DNA of 64,000 nucleotides. Source: Macrostomum lignano (Eukaryota). This document shows, one piece after another, positions 1-12,000 of the stretch. The translations under genes were made by a program, and so were the position numbers. The notes beneath the pieces are model-generated. The model worked only from the letters and a program-made list of their open reading frames with translations, did not search any database and was not told the DNA's origin. The stretch lies in NCBI GenBank assembly GCA_002269645.1, contig NIVC01001194.1:62001-126000 (forward strand), read 5' to 3'. Within the stretch, counting starts at the first letter, position 1, and the number at the start of each line of letters is the position of its first letter.

Positions 1-3000
1 TCGATTTCTGGCCTCCAAATCCAGCAGTACAAACAGCTCCAGCAGGCGACCCAACAGATCGTACAGACTTTCCTCGCCAGTGACGCTGGCTCCCATATTT
101 GCGTAGGCGTTGATCACGTGATTTAGCAGGGTTTGACTCGATGACGGGTCGGACAAGGAATGACGGACTGATAGCTCGCTAAATAAGCTCAGAATTTGAT
201 GGTCCACCGTAGGCTGAATTGGGGAGGATAATGATGTTAGTTTTAGAGCTTGTGAAGTTCTCAATCCATGAGGTTTCGAGCTTGTGAAGTTTCGAGTTTG
301 TGAAGATTCCAGTTTGCGAAGATTCGAGTTTGTGAATTGAAGATTCAAGTTTGTGAAGATTCGAGCTTGTGAAGATTCGAGTTTGTGAAGATTTGAGTTT
401 GTGAAGATTTGAGTTTGTGAAGATTCGAGTTAATGAAGTTTTGAGCTTGTGAATTGAAGATTCAAGTTTGTGAAGTTTTGAGCATGTGAAGATTCGAGTT
501 TGTAAAGATTTGAGTTTGTGAATTCTCAAGTTTGTGAAGATTCGTGTTTGTAAAGATTTGAGTTTGTGAAGATTTGAGTTTGTGAATTCTCAAGTTTGTG
601 AAGATTCGAGTTTGTGAATTCTCAAGTTTGTGAAGATTCGAGTTTGTGAATATTCGAGTTTGTTAATATTCGAGTTAATGAAGTTTTGAGCTTGTGAATT
701 GAAGATTCAAGTTTGTGAATTCTCAAGTTTGTGAAGATTCGAGTTTGTGAAGATTTGAGTTTGTGAAGATTTGAGTTTGTGAAGATTTGAGTTTGTGAAT
801 TCTCAAGTTTGTGAAGATTCGAGTTTGTGAAGATTTGAGTTTGTGAAGATTTGAGTTTGTGAAGATTTGAGTTTGTGAATTCTCAAGTTTGTGAAGATTC
901 GAGTTTGTGAAGATTTGAGTTTGTGAATTCTCAAGTTTGTGAAGATTCGAGTTTGTGAAGATTTGAGTTTGTGAATTCTCAAGTTTGTGAAGATTCGAGT
1001 TTGTGAAGATTTGAGTTTGTGAAGATTTGAGTTTGTGAATTCTCAAGTTTGTGAAGATTCGAGTTTGTGAAGATTCGAGTTTGTGAAGATTTGAGTTTGT
1101 GAAGATTCGAGTTTGTGAATATTCGAGTTTGTTAATATTCGAGTTAATGAAGTTTTGAGCTTGTGAATTGAAGATTCAAGTTTGTGAATTCTCAAGTTTG
1201 TGAAGATTCGAGTTTGTGAAGATTCGAGTTTGTGAAGGTTTGAGTTTGTGAAGATTTGAGTTTGTGAAGATTTGAGTTTGTGAATTCTCAAGTTTGTGAA
1301 GATTCGAGTTTGTGAAGATTTGAGTTTGTGAATTCTCAAGTTTGTGAAGATTCGAGTTTGTGAAGATTTGAGTTTGTGAAGATTTGAGTTTGTGAATTCT
1401 CAAGTTTGTGAAGATTCGAGTTTGTGAATATTCGAGTTTGTGAAGTTTCGAGCTTGTGAAGATTCGAGTTTGTACAGCTCAAAAACACGCTCACGCATCC
1501 AGCTATGATGAGGCAGCCCAGCTGGTCAATAATAGTGCCGCCCAGATCCACAGGCAGACGCTGCGTTTGCACCTGTTGCAGACTCTGCTGAAAGAATTGC
1601 ACAACAGCTTCTTGTGTTCGACTGCCGCGATTGTCTTCGATGCAGTTGCGGAGTTCCACGGCAACTCGACCCAGCGACAGGATGGTGTTCACGTACATCA
1701 GGTTCGTGTCTCTGTGGGCGGCAAGGTTCAGTTCTGGCTGTCAGACTCTGGTGTGAAAGTACGCTTTCTACCTGAGACCATTCACTGCTTATCACTGAGC
1801 ATCACAGCTCACATCAGCTACATGAGCACCCTCCCCGAGCATCACAGCTCATACCAGCTACATGAGCACCCTCCCCGAGCATCACAGCTCACATCAGCTA
1901 CATGAGCACCCTCCCCGAGCATCACAGCTCATACCAGCTACATGAGCACCCTCCCCGAGCATCACAGCTCACATCAGCTACATGAGCAACCCTCCCCGAG
2001 CATCACAGCTCATACCAGCTACATGAGCAACCCCCCCTGAGCATCACAGCTCACATCAGCTACATGAGCAACCCTCCCCGAGCATCACAGCTCATACCAG
2101 CTACATGAGCAACCCTCCCCGAGCATCACAGCTCACATCAGCTACAAGAGCACCCTCCCCGAGCATCACAGCTCATATCAGCTACATGAGCAACCCTCCC
2201 CGAGCATCACAGCTCATACCAGCTACATGAGCAACCCTCCCCGAGCATCACAGCTCATACCAGCTACATGAGCAACCCTCCCGAGCATCACAGCTCATAC
2301 CAGCTACATGAGCAACCCTCCCCGAGCATCACAGCTCATACCAGCTACATGAGCAACCCTCCCCGAGCATCACGGCTCATACCAGCTACATGAGCAACCC
2401 TCCCCGAGCATCACAGCTCACATCAGCTACATGAGCACCCCTCACTAACCCGAGTTCACAAGCCGACAATCCAATAGCAAACCTACCGAGTAGACTCAAC
2501 AGCCAGGAAGAACCTGGCACTAACAGACGCCAGGAAGAAGTCAATAAGAGTTGGATCAACGATCAGCACACGACACAAACTGGCAATTGCCGTATCCCGG
2601 ACTTTGTGCAGCAGCTGAGTAGCCAAGTCTCTTCTAGCAGCAGCAGCGGCAGACAGACCGGCTTTGCCAGAGACGGCCCCGCTAGCGGACTCTCTCGACC
2701 TAGCTGCATCCAACCTGCTCAAGATTCTGGACGGTAACAACAGGAAATCATTCAGACAGTCCAGCGCCTCCTTAGCAATGGAGTTGAACCGCTGAGCGAG
2801 GCGACCGATGCCGTACAGGACGGCCAGCAGGTGGCTGGAGCTGCCGAGGGCGTGCTTGCGGGACTCGTCCTTGGCCCAGCAGATCAAATTGTTGGACAGA
2901 GAGTCCACGTCTTCGACTCTGGGTTGTGTGTTGTTTGTTTTCGTGTGGGCGTGTGAATGCAAACTTATTTTGCAATAAAATCAAATTTAAGACTTTATTC

Positions 3001-6000
3001 ACAGGTTCACAGCTGAAAGATTTACAACCTAAAGATTTTTACGTCCTGAAGATTCACAACCACAACGACTGACTTCCTTAAGATTCACACCTCCAAATAC
3101 TCACACTCCCAACGATTCACACCACCCACTACGATTCACACTCCCAACGAATCACATCTCCAAAGATGCACACCCTAAAGATCCCATACTTTAATGATTC
3201 ACATTCCAACGCTTCACACCCTAAAGATTCACTCCCCTAACGATTCACATTCTAAATATTCACACCCACTACGATTCACACCCTCAACGAATCACAGCTC
3301 CAGAGATCCACACCCTAAAGATTCACATCAACAAGAATTCACATTCTAAAGATTCGCGCTTAAAGATTCACACTCCGATTGAAACTATTCACACCCATGA
3401 GCATTCACATTCCGGAGTATTCACATCTAAAGATTTACAGCCACAGAAATTCAACATCCAGGACATTCTCTAAACTTGAAATTAAAACCCCATTTAACTC
3501 ACCTGCTAACCAGACAAACCAGAGCGGGTACACAGGCGGCGCTGCACTCCACAGCCAGACCAAACGGACTGACGCAGCTACCGTGAGCCAGTCTCTCAGA
3601 CTCTCGGCCGTACAGGCTGCTAATCTGTTCATTGGACTCTTTATAAGTGGACATTACTAACGATTGCAGCTTTTGAGTGAGACTGGCGCTCAATTGAGTA
3701 TGTTGAGCTCGGACAATATCGCGGATCAGCAGCAGATAGCAGAGCAGCGCGGGCCGGTACAGGGTGCAGTAGGGGTACCAGTGAGGCCGGTGCGGCCTGA
3801 CGTGCTCGTCAAAGAAGTCCGCAGCAGACGGCTGACCAGAGCAGGTCTCAGTCAGGGTGCGAAACAGCTGGCAGATCTGCGTTGGGATGGATGCGATGTG
3901 GGCATTGGCTGCTAATTGGATCTCGGGGAGGGCAAAGTCCACGTGAAGGATCTCAGGGAGTGCACAGTCCACCTGAAGGATCTCAGACAGGGCACAGTTT
4001 ACTTGAAGGATCTCAGGGAGTGCACAGTCCACCTGAAGGATCTCAGGGAGGGCACAGTCCACCTGAAGGATCTCAGGGAGGGCACAGTTCACCTGGAGGA
4101 TCTCAGGGAGGGCACAGTTCATCTGAAGGATCTCAGACAGGGCACAGTCCACCTGAAGGATCTCAGGGAGGGCACAGTCCACCTGAAGGATCTCAGGGAG
4201 GGCACAGTCCACCTGAAGGATCTCAGGGAGGGCACAGTCCACCTGAAGGATCTCAGGGAGGGCACAGTCCACCTGAAGGATCTCAGGGAGGGCACAGTCC
4301 ACTTGAAGGATCTCAAGGAGGGAAAAGTCCATCTGAAGGATCTCAGATAGGACAAAGTCCATCTAAAGGATCTCAGGGAGGGTAGAGTCTAATTGCAGGA
4401 CCTCAGGGAGGGTGCAGTCCACCTGAAGGATCTCAGGGAGGGCACAGTCCACCTGAAGGATCTCAGGGAGGGCACAGTCCACCTGAAGGATCTCAGGGAG
4501 GGCACAGTCCACCTGAAGGATCTCAGGGAGGGCACAGTCCACCTGAAGGATCTCAGGGAGGGCACAGTCCACCTGAAGGATCTCAGGGAGGGCACAGTCC
4601 ACCTGAAGGATCTCAGGGAGGGCACAGTCCACTTGAAGGATCTCAAGGAGGGAAAAGTCCATCTGAAGGATCTCAGATAGGACAAAGTCCATCTAAAGGA
4701 TCTCAGGGAGGGTAGAGTCTAATTGCAGGACCTCAGGGAGGGTGCAGTCCAACTGACGGATATCAAGTAGGGTACAGTTTATTTCAAGCCAACAGAATTA
4801 GAAAATCTGCTACTAGAAAAACTCACGCTATCAATCTCAGTTTCAGTAAAAGCGAGCATAAAGTCGGTAGCCGATGTAAGAACGGACCCCTCCAACATGG
4901 CCAAGTAGTTGGAATAGGTAGAGCAGGCCCTATCAAACAGATAGGACCCCAACTCCGGAATCTCCTCTTTGTTGCAATCGCCGACGAAGGTGCGAGAGCC
5001 GACTGGGCCATCCAGGGTGTCCGTGGGCGATTTCGGCGACAAGGATCTCTCGTGCGGCACCGACACTGAAATTGGATTGCATTATTGACTTCAGGCTTTA
5101 GGCGATCACTGAGGTTTAGTAGCAATCCCTGAAGTTTTCTAGCATTAACTCAAGTTTCTAACAGCCCCTGAAGTTTTTTGACAATCCCTGAAGTTCACTA
5201 ACAATCCCTGAAGTTCACTAACAATCCCTGAAGTTCACTAACAATCCCTGAAGTTCACTAACAATCCCTGAAGTTCACTAACAATCCCTGAAGTTCACTA
5301 ACAATCCCTGAAGTTCACTAACAATCCCAAAAGTTCACTAACAATCCCTGAAGTTCACTAACAATCCCAAAAGTTCACTAACAATCCCAAAAGTTCACTA
5401 ACAATCCCAAAAGTTCACTAACAATCCCAAAAGTTCACTAACAATCCCTGAAGTTCACTAACAATCCCTGAAGTTCACTAACAATCCCAAAAGTTCACTA
5501 ACAATCCCTGAAGTTCACTAACAATCCCTGAAGTTCACTAACAATCCCTGAAGTTCACTAACAATCCCTGAAGTTCACTAACAATCCCAAAAGTTCACTA
5601 ACAATCCCTGAAGTTCACTAACAATCCCTGAAGTTCACTAACAATCCCTGAAGTTCACTAACAATCCCTGAAGTTCACTAACAATCCCTGAAGTTCACTA
5701 ACAATCCCTGAAGTTCACTAACAATCCCAAAAGTTCACTAACAATCCCAAAAGTTCACTAACAATCCCTGAAGTTCACTAACAATCCCAAAAGTTCACTA
5801 ACAATCCCAAAAGTTCACTAACAATCCCAAAAGTTCACTAACAATCCCTGAAGTTCACTAACAATCCCTGAAGTTCACTAACAATCCCAAAAGTTCACTA
5901 ACAATCCCTGAAGTTCACTAACAATCCCTGAAGTTCACTAACAATCCCTGAAGTTCACTAACAATCCCAAAAGTTCACTAACAATCCCTGAAATTCACTA

Positions 6001-9000
6001 ACAATCCCTGAAGTTCACTAACAATCCCAAAAGTTCACTAACAATCCCTGAAGTTCACTAACTATCCCTGAAGTTCACTAACAATCCCTGACGTTCACTA
6101 ACAATCCCTGAAGTTCACTAACAATCCCTGAAGTTCACTAACAATCCCTGAAGTTCACTAACAATCCCTGAAGTTCACTAACAATCCCTGAAGTTCACTA
6201 ACAATCTCTGAAGTTCACTAACAATCCCAGAATTTTTATAACAAGTAACTGAAGCTTTCTAACAATCTATGAAGCTATTTAACCAACGCTGAAGTTTTCT
6301 AACAATCCCTGAAGCTTTCTAACAATAACTGAAGTTCTAAGAAGTTTTCTAAGAATTTCTGAGGCTTTCTAACAGTACGAGCGTACCATAACAATCCTTG
6401 AATATTTTCAGCAGTAACTAAAGTTTTTAAGCACCCATTGAAGTTTTCTAAGAATTTCTAAAGCTTTCTAAGAATTCCCAAAGTTCTCTAAGAATTCCTG
6501 AAGTTTTCTAAGAATTCCTGAAGTTTTTTAAGAATTCCTGAAGTTTTCTAAGAATTCCTGAAGTTTTCGGAGAATTCTGCGAGTTTTCTAAGAATTCCTG
6601 AAGTTTTCTAAGAATTCTGCGAGTTTTCTAAGAATTCCTGAAGTTTTCTAAGAATTCTGCGAGTTTTCTAAGAATTCCAGAGGTTTTCTAAGAATTCTTG
6701 AAGTTTTAGGAGAATTCCTGAAGTTTTCTAAGAATTTCTGAGGTTTTCTAACAGTTTTCTTACTGTTTTCTAACAGTTTTCTATTCTTGAATATGTTCAG
6801 CAAAACCTGAAGTTTCTTCAGAGTCCATGAATTTTCAAGCTTTAAAATAATTCAAAACAGGCCAATCGTCATAATTAGCAGTCCCTGAGCAAACCCTTGA
6901 GCTCACTAGGCCTCAGCAACGAGTCTTGCGACGCCATGATAGAATGCGACACCGATCTTGGCAAAATCGGTTTGAACGCATCAAATGGTCTCTGCGGCAA
7001 CGACAGAGTCAACTCGCCGTGACAGTCGGCAAGCCCATCGTCCAGCTGATGCACTCCAACGGCGCCTCCTGACGACTCCGTTTTAAACAGCGACGGCGGT
7101 GGAAAAAGCGACGCCGTTAGAAACCGACAATTGGAGTTCGCGTCGCTGTCTCCGTTGCCAGCAGACGACGGAGGCGCCACCCGACCGAAAGCGCGCAGAA
7201 TTCCAAGCAGACAGGGCAGGCAGTGGAAGCAGACGCGCTCTGGTTTGATAATGGGTTAGAAATGTATTCACAGGCTGCTTCGGAGTCGCAAAACCTGCTT
7301 TGGCGCCACAAACCCTACTTCGGCGCCTCGAAACCTTTTTTGCGCCTCAAACTCTACTTTGGCGCCTCAAACTCTACTTTGGCGCCTCAAACCCTACTTC
7401 GGCGCCACAAACCTTACTTTCAAGCCTCAAAACCTCCTTTGACGCCACAAAACCTACTCCGGCGCCACAACGCCGACTTTGCCGCCACAAACCTTAGAGC
7501 CTCGAACCCTACTTTGGCGCCTCAGAACCTACTTTGGCGCCTCAAAACCTACTTTGGCGCCTCAAAACCTACTTTGGCACCTTAAAACCTACTTTGGCGC
7601 CACGAACCTTAATTTAGCGCCACAACACCTACTTCGGCGCCTCAAACCTCACTTTGGCGCCTCAAACCCAAATTTGACGCCACAACACCTACTTTGACGC
7701 CACATAACCTACTCCGGCGCCACAACGCCGACTTTGGCGCCACAATTACATACATGCGCAACTTTGGGAATCACCCGGCCGTTTCTATTGGCAACACACA
7801 CATGTAAGTCGCTATTGGCTGAGAGCAGTCACGTGACTACTATTCCGTCCAATAGCGACTTACATGTGTGTGTTGCCAATAGAAACGGCCGAGTGAATTC
7901 CAAGGTTGCGCCCAAGCATGGCCACAAACCTTACTTTAGAGCCTCGAACCCTATTTTTGCGCCTCAAAAACCACTTTGGCGCCTCAAAATCTACTTTAGT
8001 ACATCAAACTCTGTCTTGGCACCTTGAAATCCTTAAGTAACAGGCAAACAGCTCTTACTATTTCGCATAGAAGTCTCCGATAGCAATTTATTAAACGCTT
8101 CGAGGCTGCCAATCAAGTGGCGAACAATCTCGTCGCGGTATTTCTCGCTATCGCCAGCAATCTGGCAAAGAATGCTGGTGAGCACGAAGGCGAAGTTCTC
8201 CGAGGGGGGCAGTTCTGCAATTTCAATTTGAGATTGGGATTTTTTGTTTTTCTATGGGGATTTTCAGTTCTGATATGAGGATTTTTAGTTTTGCTATGGG
8301 GATTTTTAGTTTTGCTATAGGGATTTTTAGTTCTGCTATGAGGATTTTTAGTTCTGCTATGGGGATTTTTAGTTCTGCTATGAGGATTGTTAGTTTTGCT
8401 ATGGGGATTTTTAGTTTGGGGATTTTTAGTTTGGGGATTTTTAGTTCTGCTATGGGGATTGTTAGTTTTGCTATGGGGATTTTTAGTTCTGCTATGAGGA
8501 TTTTTAGTTCTGCTATGGGGATTTTTAGTTCTGCTATGAGGATTTTTAGTTTTGCTATGGGGATTTTTAGTTTGGGGATTTTTAGTTCTGCTATGGGGAT
8601 TGTTAGTTCTGCTATGGGGATTGTTAGTTTTGCTATGGGGATTTTTAGTTTTGCTATGGGGATTTTTAGTTCTGCTATGGGGATTTTTAGTTTTGCTATG
8701 GGGATTTTTAGTTTGGGGATTTTTAGTACTGCTATGGGGATTGTTAGTTTTGCTATGGGGATTTTTAGTTTTGCTATGGGGATTTTTAGTTTGGGGATTT
8801 TTAGTACTGCTATGGGGATTGTTAGTTTTGCTATGGGGATTTTTAGTTTTGCTATGGGGATTTTTAGTTCTGCTATGGGGATTTTTAGTTCTGCTATGAG
8901 GATTTTTAGTTTTGCTATGGGGATTTTTAGTTTGGGGATTTTTAGTACTGCTATGGGGATTGTTAGTTTTGCTATGGGGATTTTTAGTTTTGCTATGGGG

Positions 9001-12000
9001 ATTTTTAGTTCTGCTATGAGGATTTTTTGTTTTGCTATGGGGATTTTTAGTTCTGCTATGAGGATTTTTAGTTTTGCTGTGGGGATTTTTAGTTTGGGGA
9101 TTTTTAGTTCTGCTATGGGGATTTTTAGTTTTGCTATGGCGATTTTTAGTTTGGGGATTTTTAGTTCTGCTATGGGGATTTTTAGTTCTACTATGGGGAT
9201 TTTTAGTTCCATTAGTTTGTTGACTTGACACAAACAATAAAAACATGACATTTGATAATTTAAGAACTCACTGTGAATATAAACGGCAGATGGTGGATCT
9301 TCCCAACAGGCTCCAACCAGCGAATCAAATATGTCCAACAGCTTTGGCAGCAGCTGGTCCAACATCTGCATGTCATGTCAATTAAATGCACATATAACAT
9401 AAAAATATCCATCATTTTTTTAAATAAATGGAAATTTCAGCAGTCAAACACTCACAGCCAGGTTGGATTCCAGCAGGAATATTCCTGTAGCAACAACAGC
9501 ATTCTCTCCCTGCCCATTGAACAGGTATTGGCCAGATTTTGACCGACTTGGATAATAGCTAAGAATTCTGTTCACCTAAAATAAAACAAAATACAAGCTT
9601 GTTTATACATTCATTACTTAAAGTAGTGAGCTTGAATGAGATACAATTAAAGGGTGCAATTCCATTGAAAAAAAATTTAATGGTGAAAAGACATTATAAA
9701 TACAATGGCAACACAATGAATATACCTTAGCTTATTAATCAGTGCCCCCATTCAAAATTTTCTAGATCCCCACCTAGTAGTCGGTGCATGGTGGAATAAA
9801 ATTTAGGCAATGGCTGATTATATACTTGTGTATTCTAAGAATTAAATTGTGGCAAAAAAGTCATTTGCATGAAAGACTTCTCAAAGGAGAGTCTTTATCA
9901 TTTGAGTAAAAGATTCAGTTTGCATGCTAGACAATATACATTTGTATGCTAGAAAATATGATAGGCAAGGACCAGAAAAATATATGCTGGAATTCAAGCA
10001 TGTAGGCTACCTTTTTTATTATAGGTATAGCACAGATAAGGAACCTTATTAAACTATAGCATGCATTACACATAGCATGCAATATTTACAGGCACTAATA
10101 TAGTTTCATTTGCAATGTTTTTATTTGAATTGATTGAATGGATGGATAAATAATAATGCTAATATAGCATAGAAGTATGAGTTTTTTAGCTTGTAAGCCA
10201 TGGCTATATAGGTTGTAGATAAAATGGTTATTGATTATAAGTTAAAACATAGGACTAAAAAATCTGTTTATTTTTGCATGAGAGTTATAATTTAAATTTA
10301 TATTCCAATAGACCATTCTTAAATACAAAATAGTTCTTTTATACATAAATAGTCTATTTTTTAGCCAATTTGAATTAATTAACACAGAAATCAAGCCAGA
10401 AATTTTTGTCATATTGTACAAAATAATTATGATAATTATTTTTTGTTATAAATGTATCCTCTCAAAGCCATAAAAATAAGTGAATTTTGCCACAAATAAA
10501 CCTGTTTGTCTATTAGACCTTCAGTTCTCTTATATGACCAGTGTTAAGATTATGTACCAGTGTATGCTTCCTAAGCTTCTATATACCTATGTATTCCAAT
10601 GGGCTTATATTGCATATGCAAATATGCCAAGATGAAACATAAAAGACAACCCAAGTTTTAGCTTTGCCAACTTTTTATCTTTGCAAACATGCATGCCCAA
10701 CACCCATCTGACTAGTCCAAACCAGATTGTTGAAATGGCCGCTGGCCAAGGTAAGTTGCAAAATAAAAAACACAAAAAAACAAAAAATTAGGGGAAGAAG
10801 GAAAGGAGAAGAGAAAAGGAAAAGAAAGGAGGAAAAGAGAAAAGGAAAAGAAAGGAGGAAAAGAGAGAAAGGGGGAAAGGGAAAGAGAAAGAGAAGAAAA
10901 TAGAAAAAGGCAAGAAAAGTCATATACAAAGTGAAAATTAAATCACAATTGGGAGAACTAAATTGCAAGCAAGAGGAACTAAGTCACAAATCTGGACAAA
11001 ACTAAGTTGCACTAGATAGGTGAAATTTTGAGGTTAGGCATGTATGTTTGCAAAAAAGATTAATAAAAACCATGCCAGACTGTACTTAAACTATTGAAGG
11101 CCAATCTGCGCTAAACATTGTTTGCAATAATGGCAATTGGCTGCAATATGGCTTGAACTTAATCATTTTTATATGCCAACGAGGCCAACTCCTCCGTTGG
11201 AGAAGAAACGGGAAGAACTCCCATCACCGGAATCCATCAGCTGAATCCTATGACCCGAATCCCATCATTCAAGTCATCTCTAAATCCATCAAATGATCCT
11301 CTCCATGAAACAGAAATCCATCAAAATCCTCTCTTTCAAACAGATTTTTATTCATAAAAACTCTCTCAGTCAAAGAGATATTCATCAAAATCCTCTCCGT
11401 GAAACAGAAATCCATCAAAATTCCCTCCGTGAAACAGAACTCCATCAAAATCCTCTCCGTGAAACAGAACTCCATCAAAATCCTCTCCGTGAAACCGATA
11501 TTCATCAAAATTCACTCTGTTAAACGAATATCTATCAATATTATCTCCTTCAAGCAAAAATCCATCAATTTAATCAACAGACTCTGTTAAATTGGAGTGT
11601 ATTAAAAAGGCTTTCTAATTGTCTGGCTTAAATATATGCAAAGAAAAGGATTCAGTGGTTAGGGTTAGGGTTAGCTAGGTTAGAGCTGCACAATGCTTCC
11701 TGTTGAAAGGCGCCGATAATAAAAAATTGAACCAATTGAACAAATTAATTGCGAAATCGATTTTTCAGTCAGTCAGTATCAGTCTCAGTTAAAGTTAACA
11801 AAATGATTGCGCAATCTAAATCAACCCTCCAATACACAGCGGCAGTTAGAAATTGAAGCCCCAAATTTATCTATTGCGTCTCGCAAAATGAGTACAATCT
11901 TTGCAGAAAGTTAAAAGTATGGAAATCATTTTTTGAATGCTGTGCTAATTTAGTTTTCATACTTAAAGCAAACAACTTATATCAGCATTGAAAGATCTTT

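Noticed and set aside
3918-6790. Regular 20- and 30-bp arrays as possible CRISPR arrays
   Set aside because: No unique spacers, no cas genes, and a eukaryotic intron context.
179-9371. Long repetitive ORFs (e.g. 8113-9246, 8223-9371, 8254-9228, 3916-4350, 4363-4692, 723-1403)
   Set aside because: They are translations of intronic minisatellites, open in several frames or strands at once. Only the non-repetitive parts that overlap PI4KA exons are coding.
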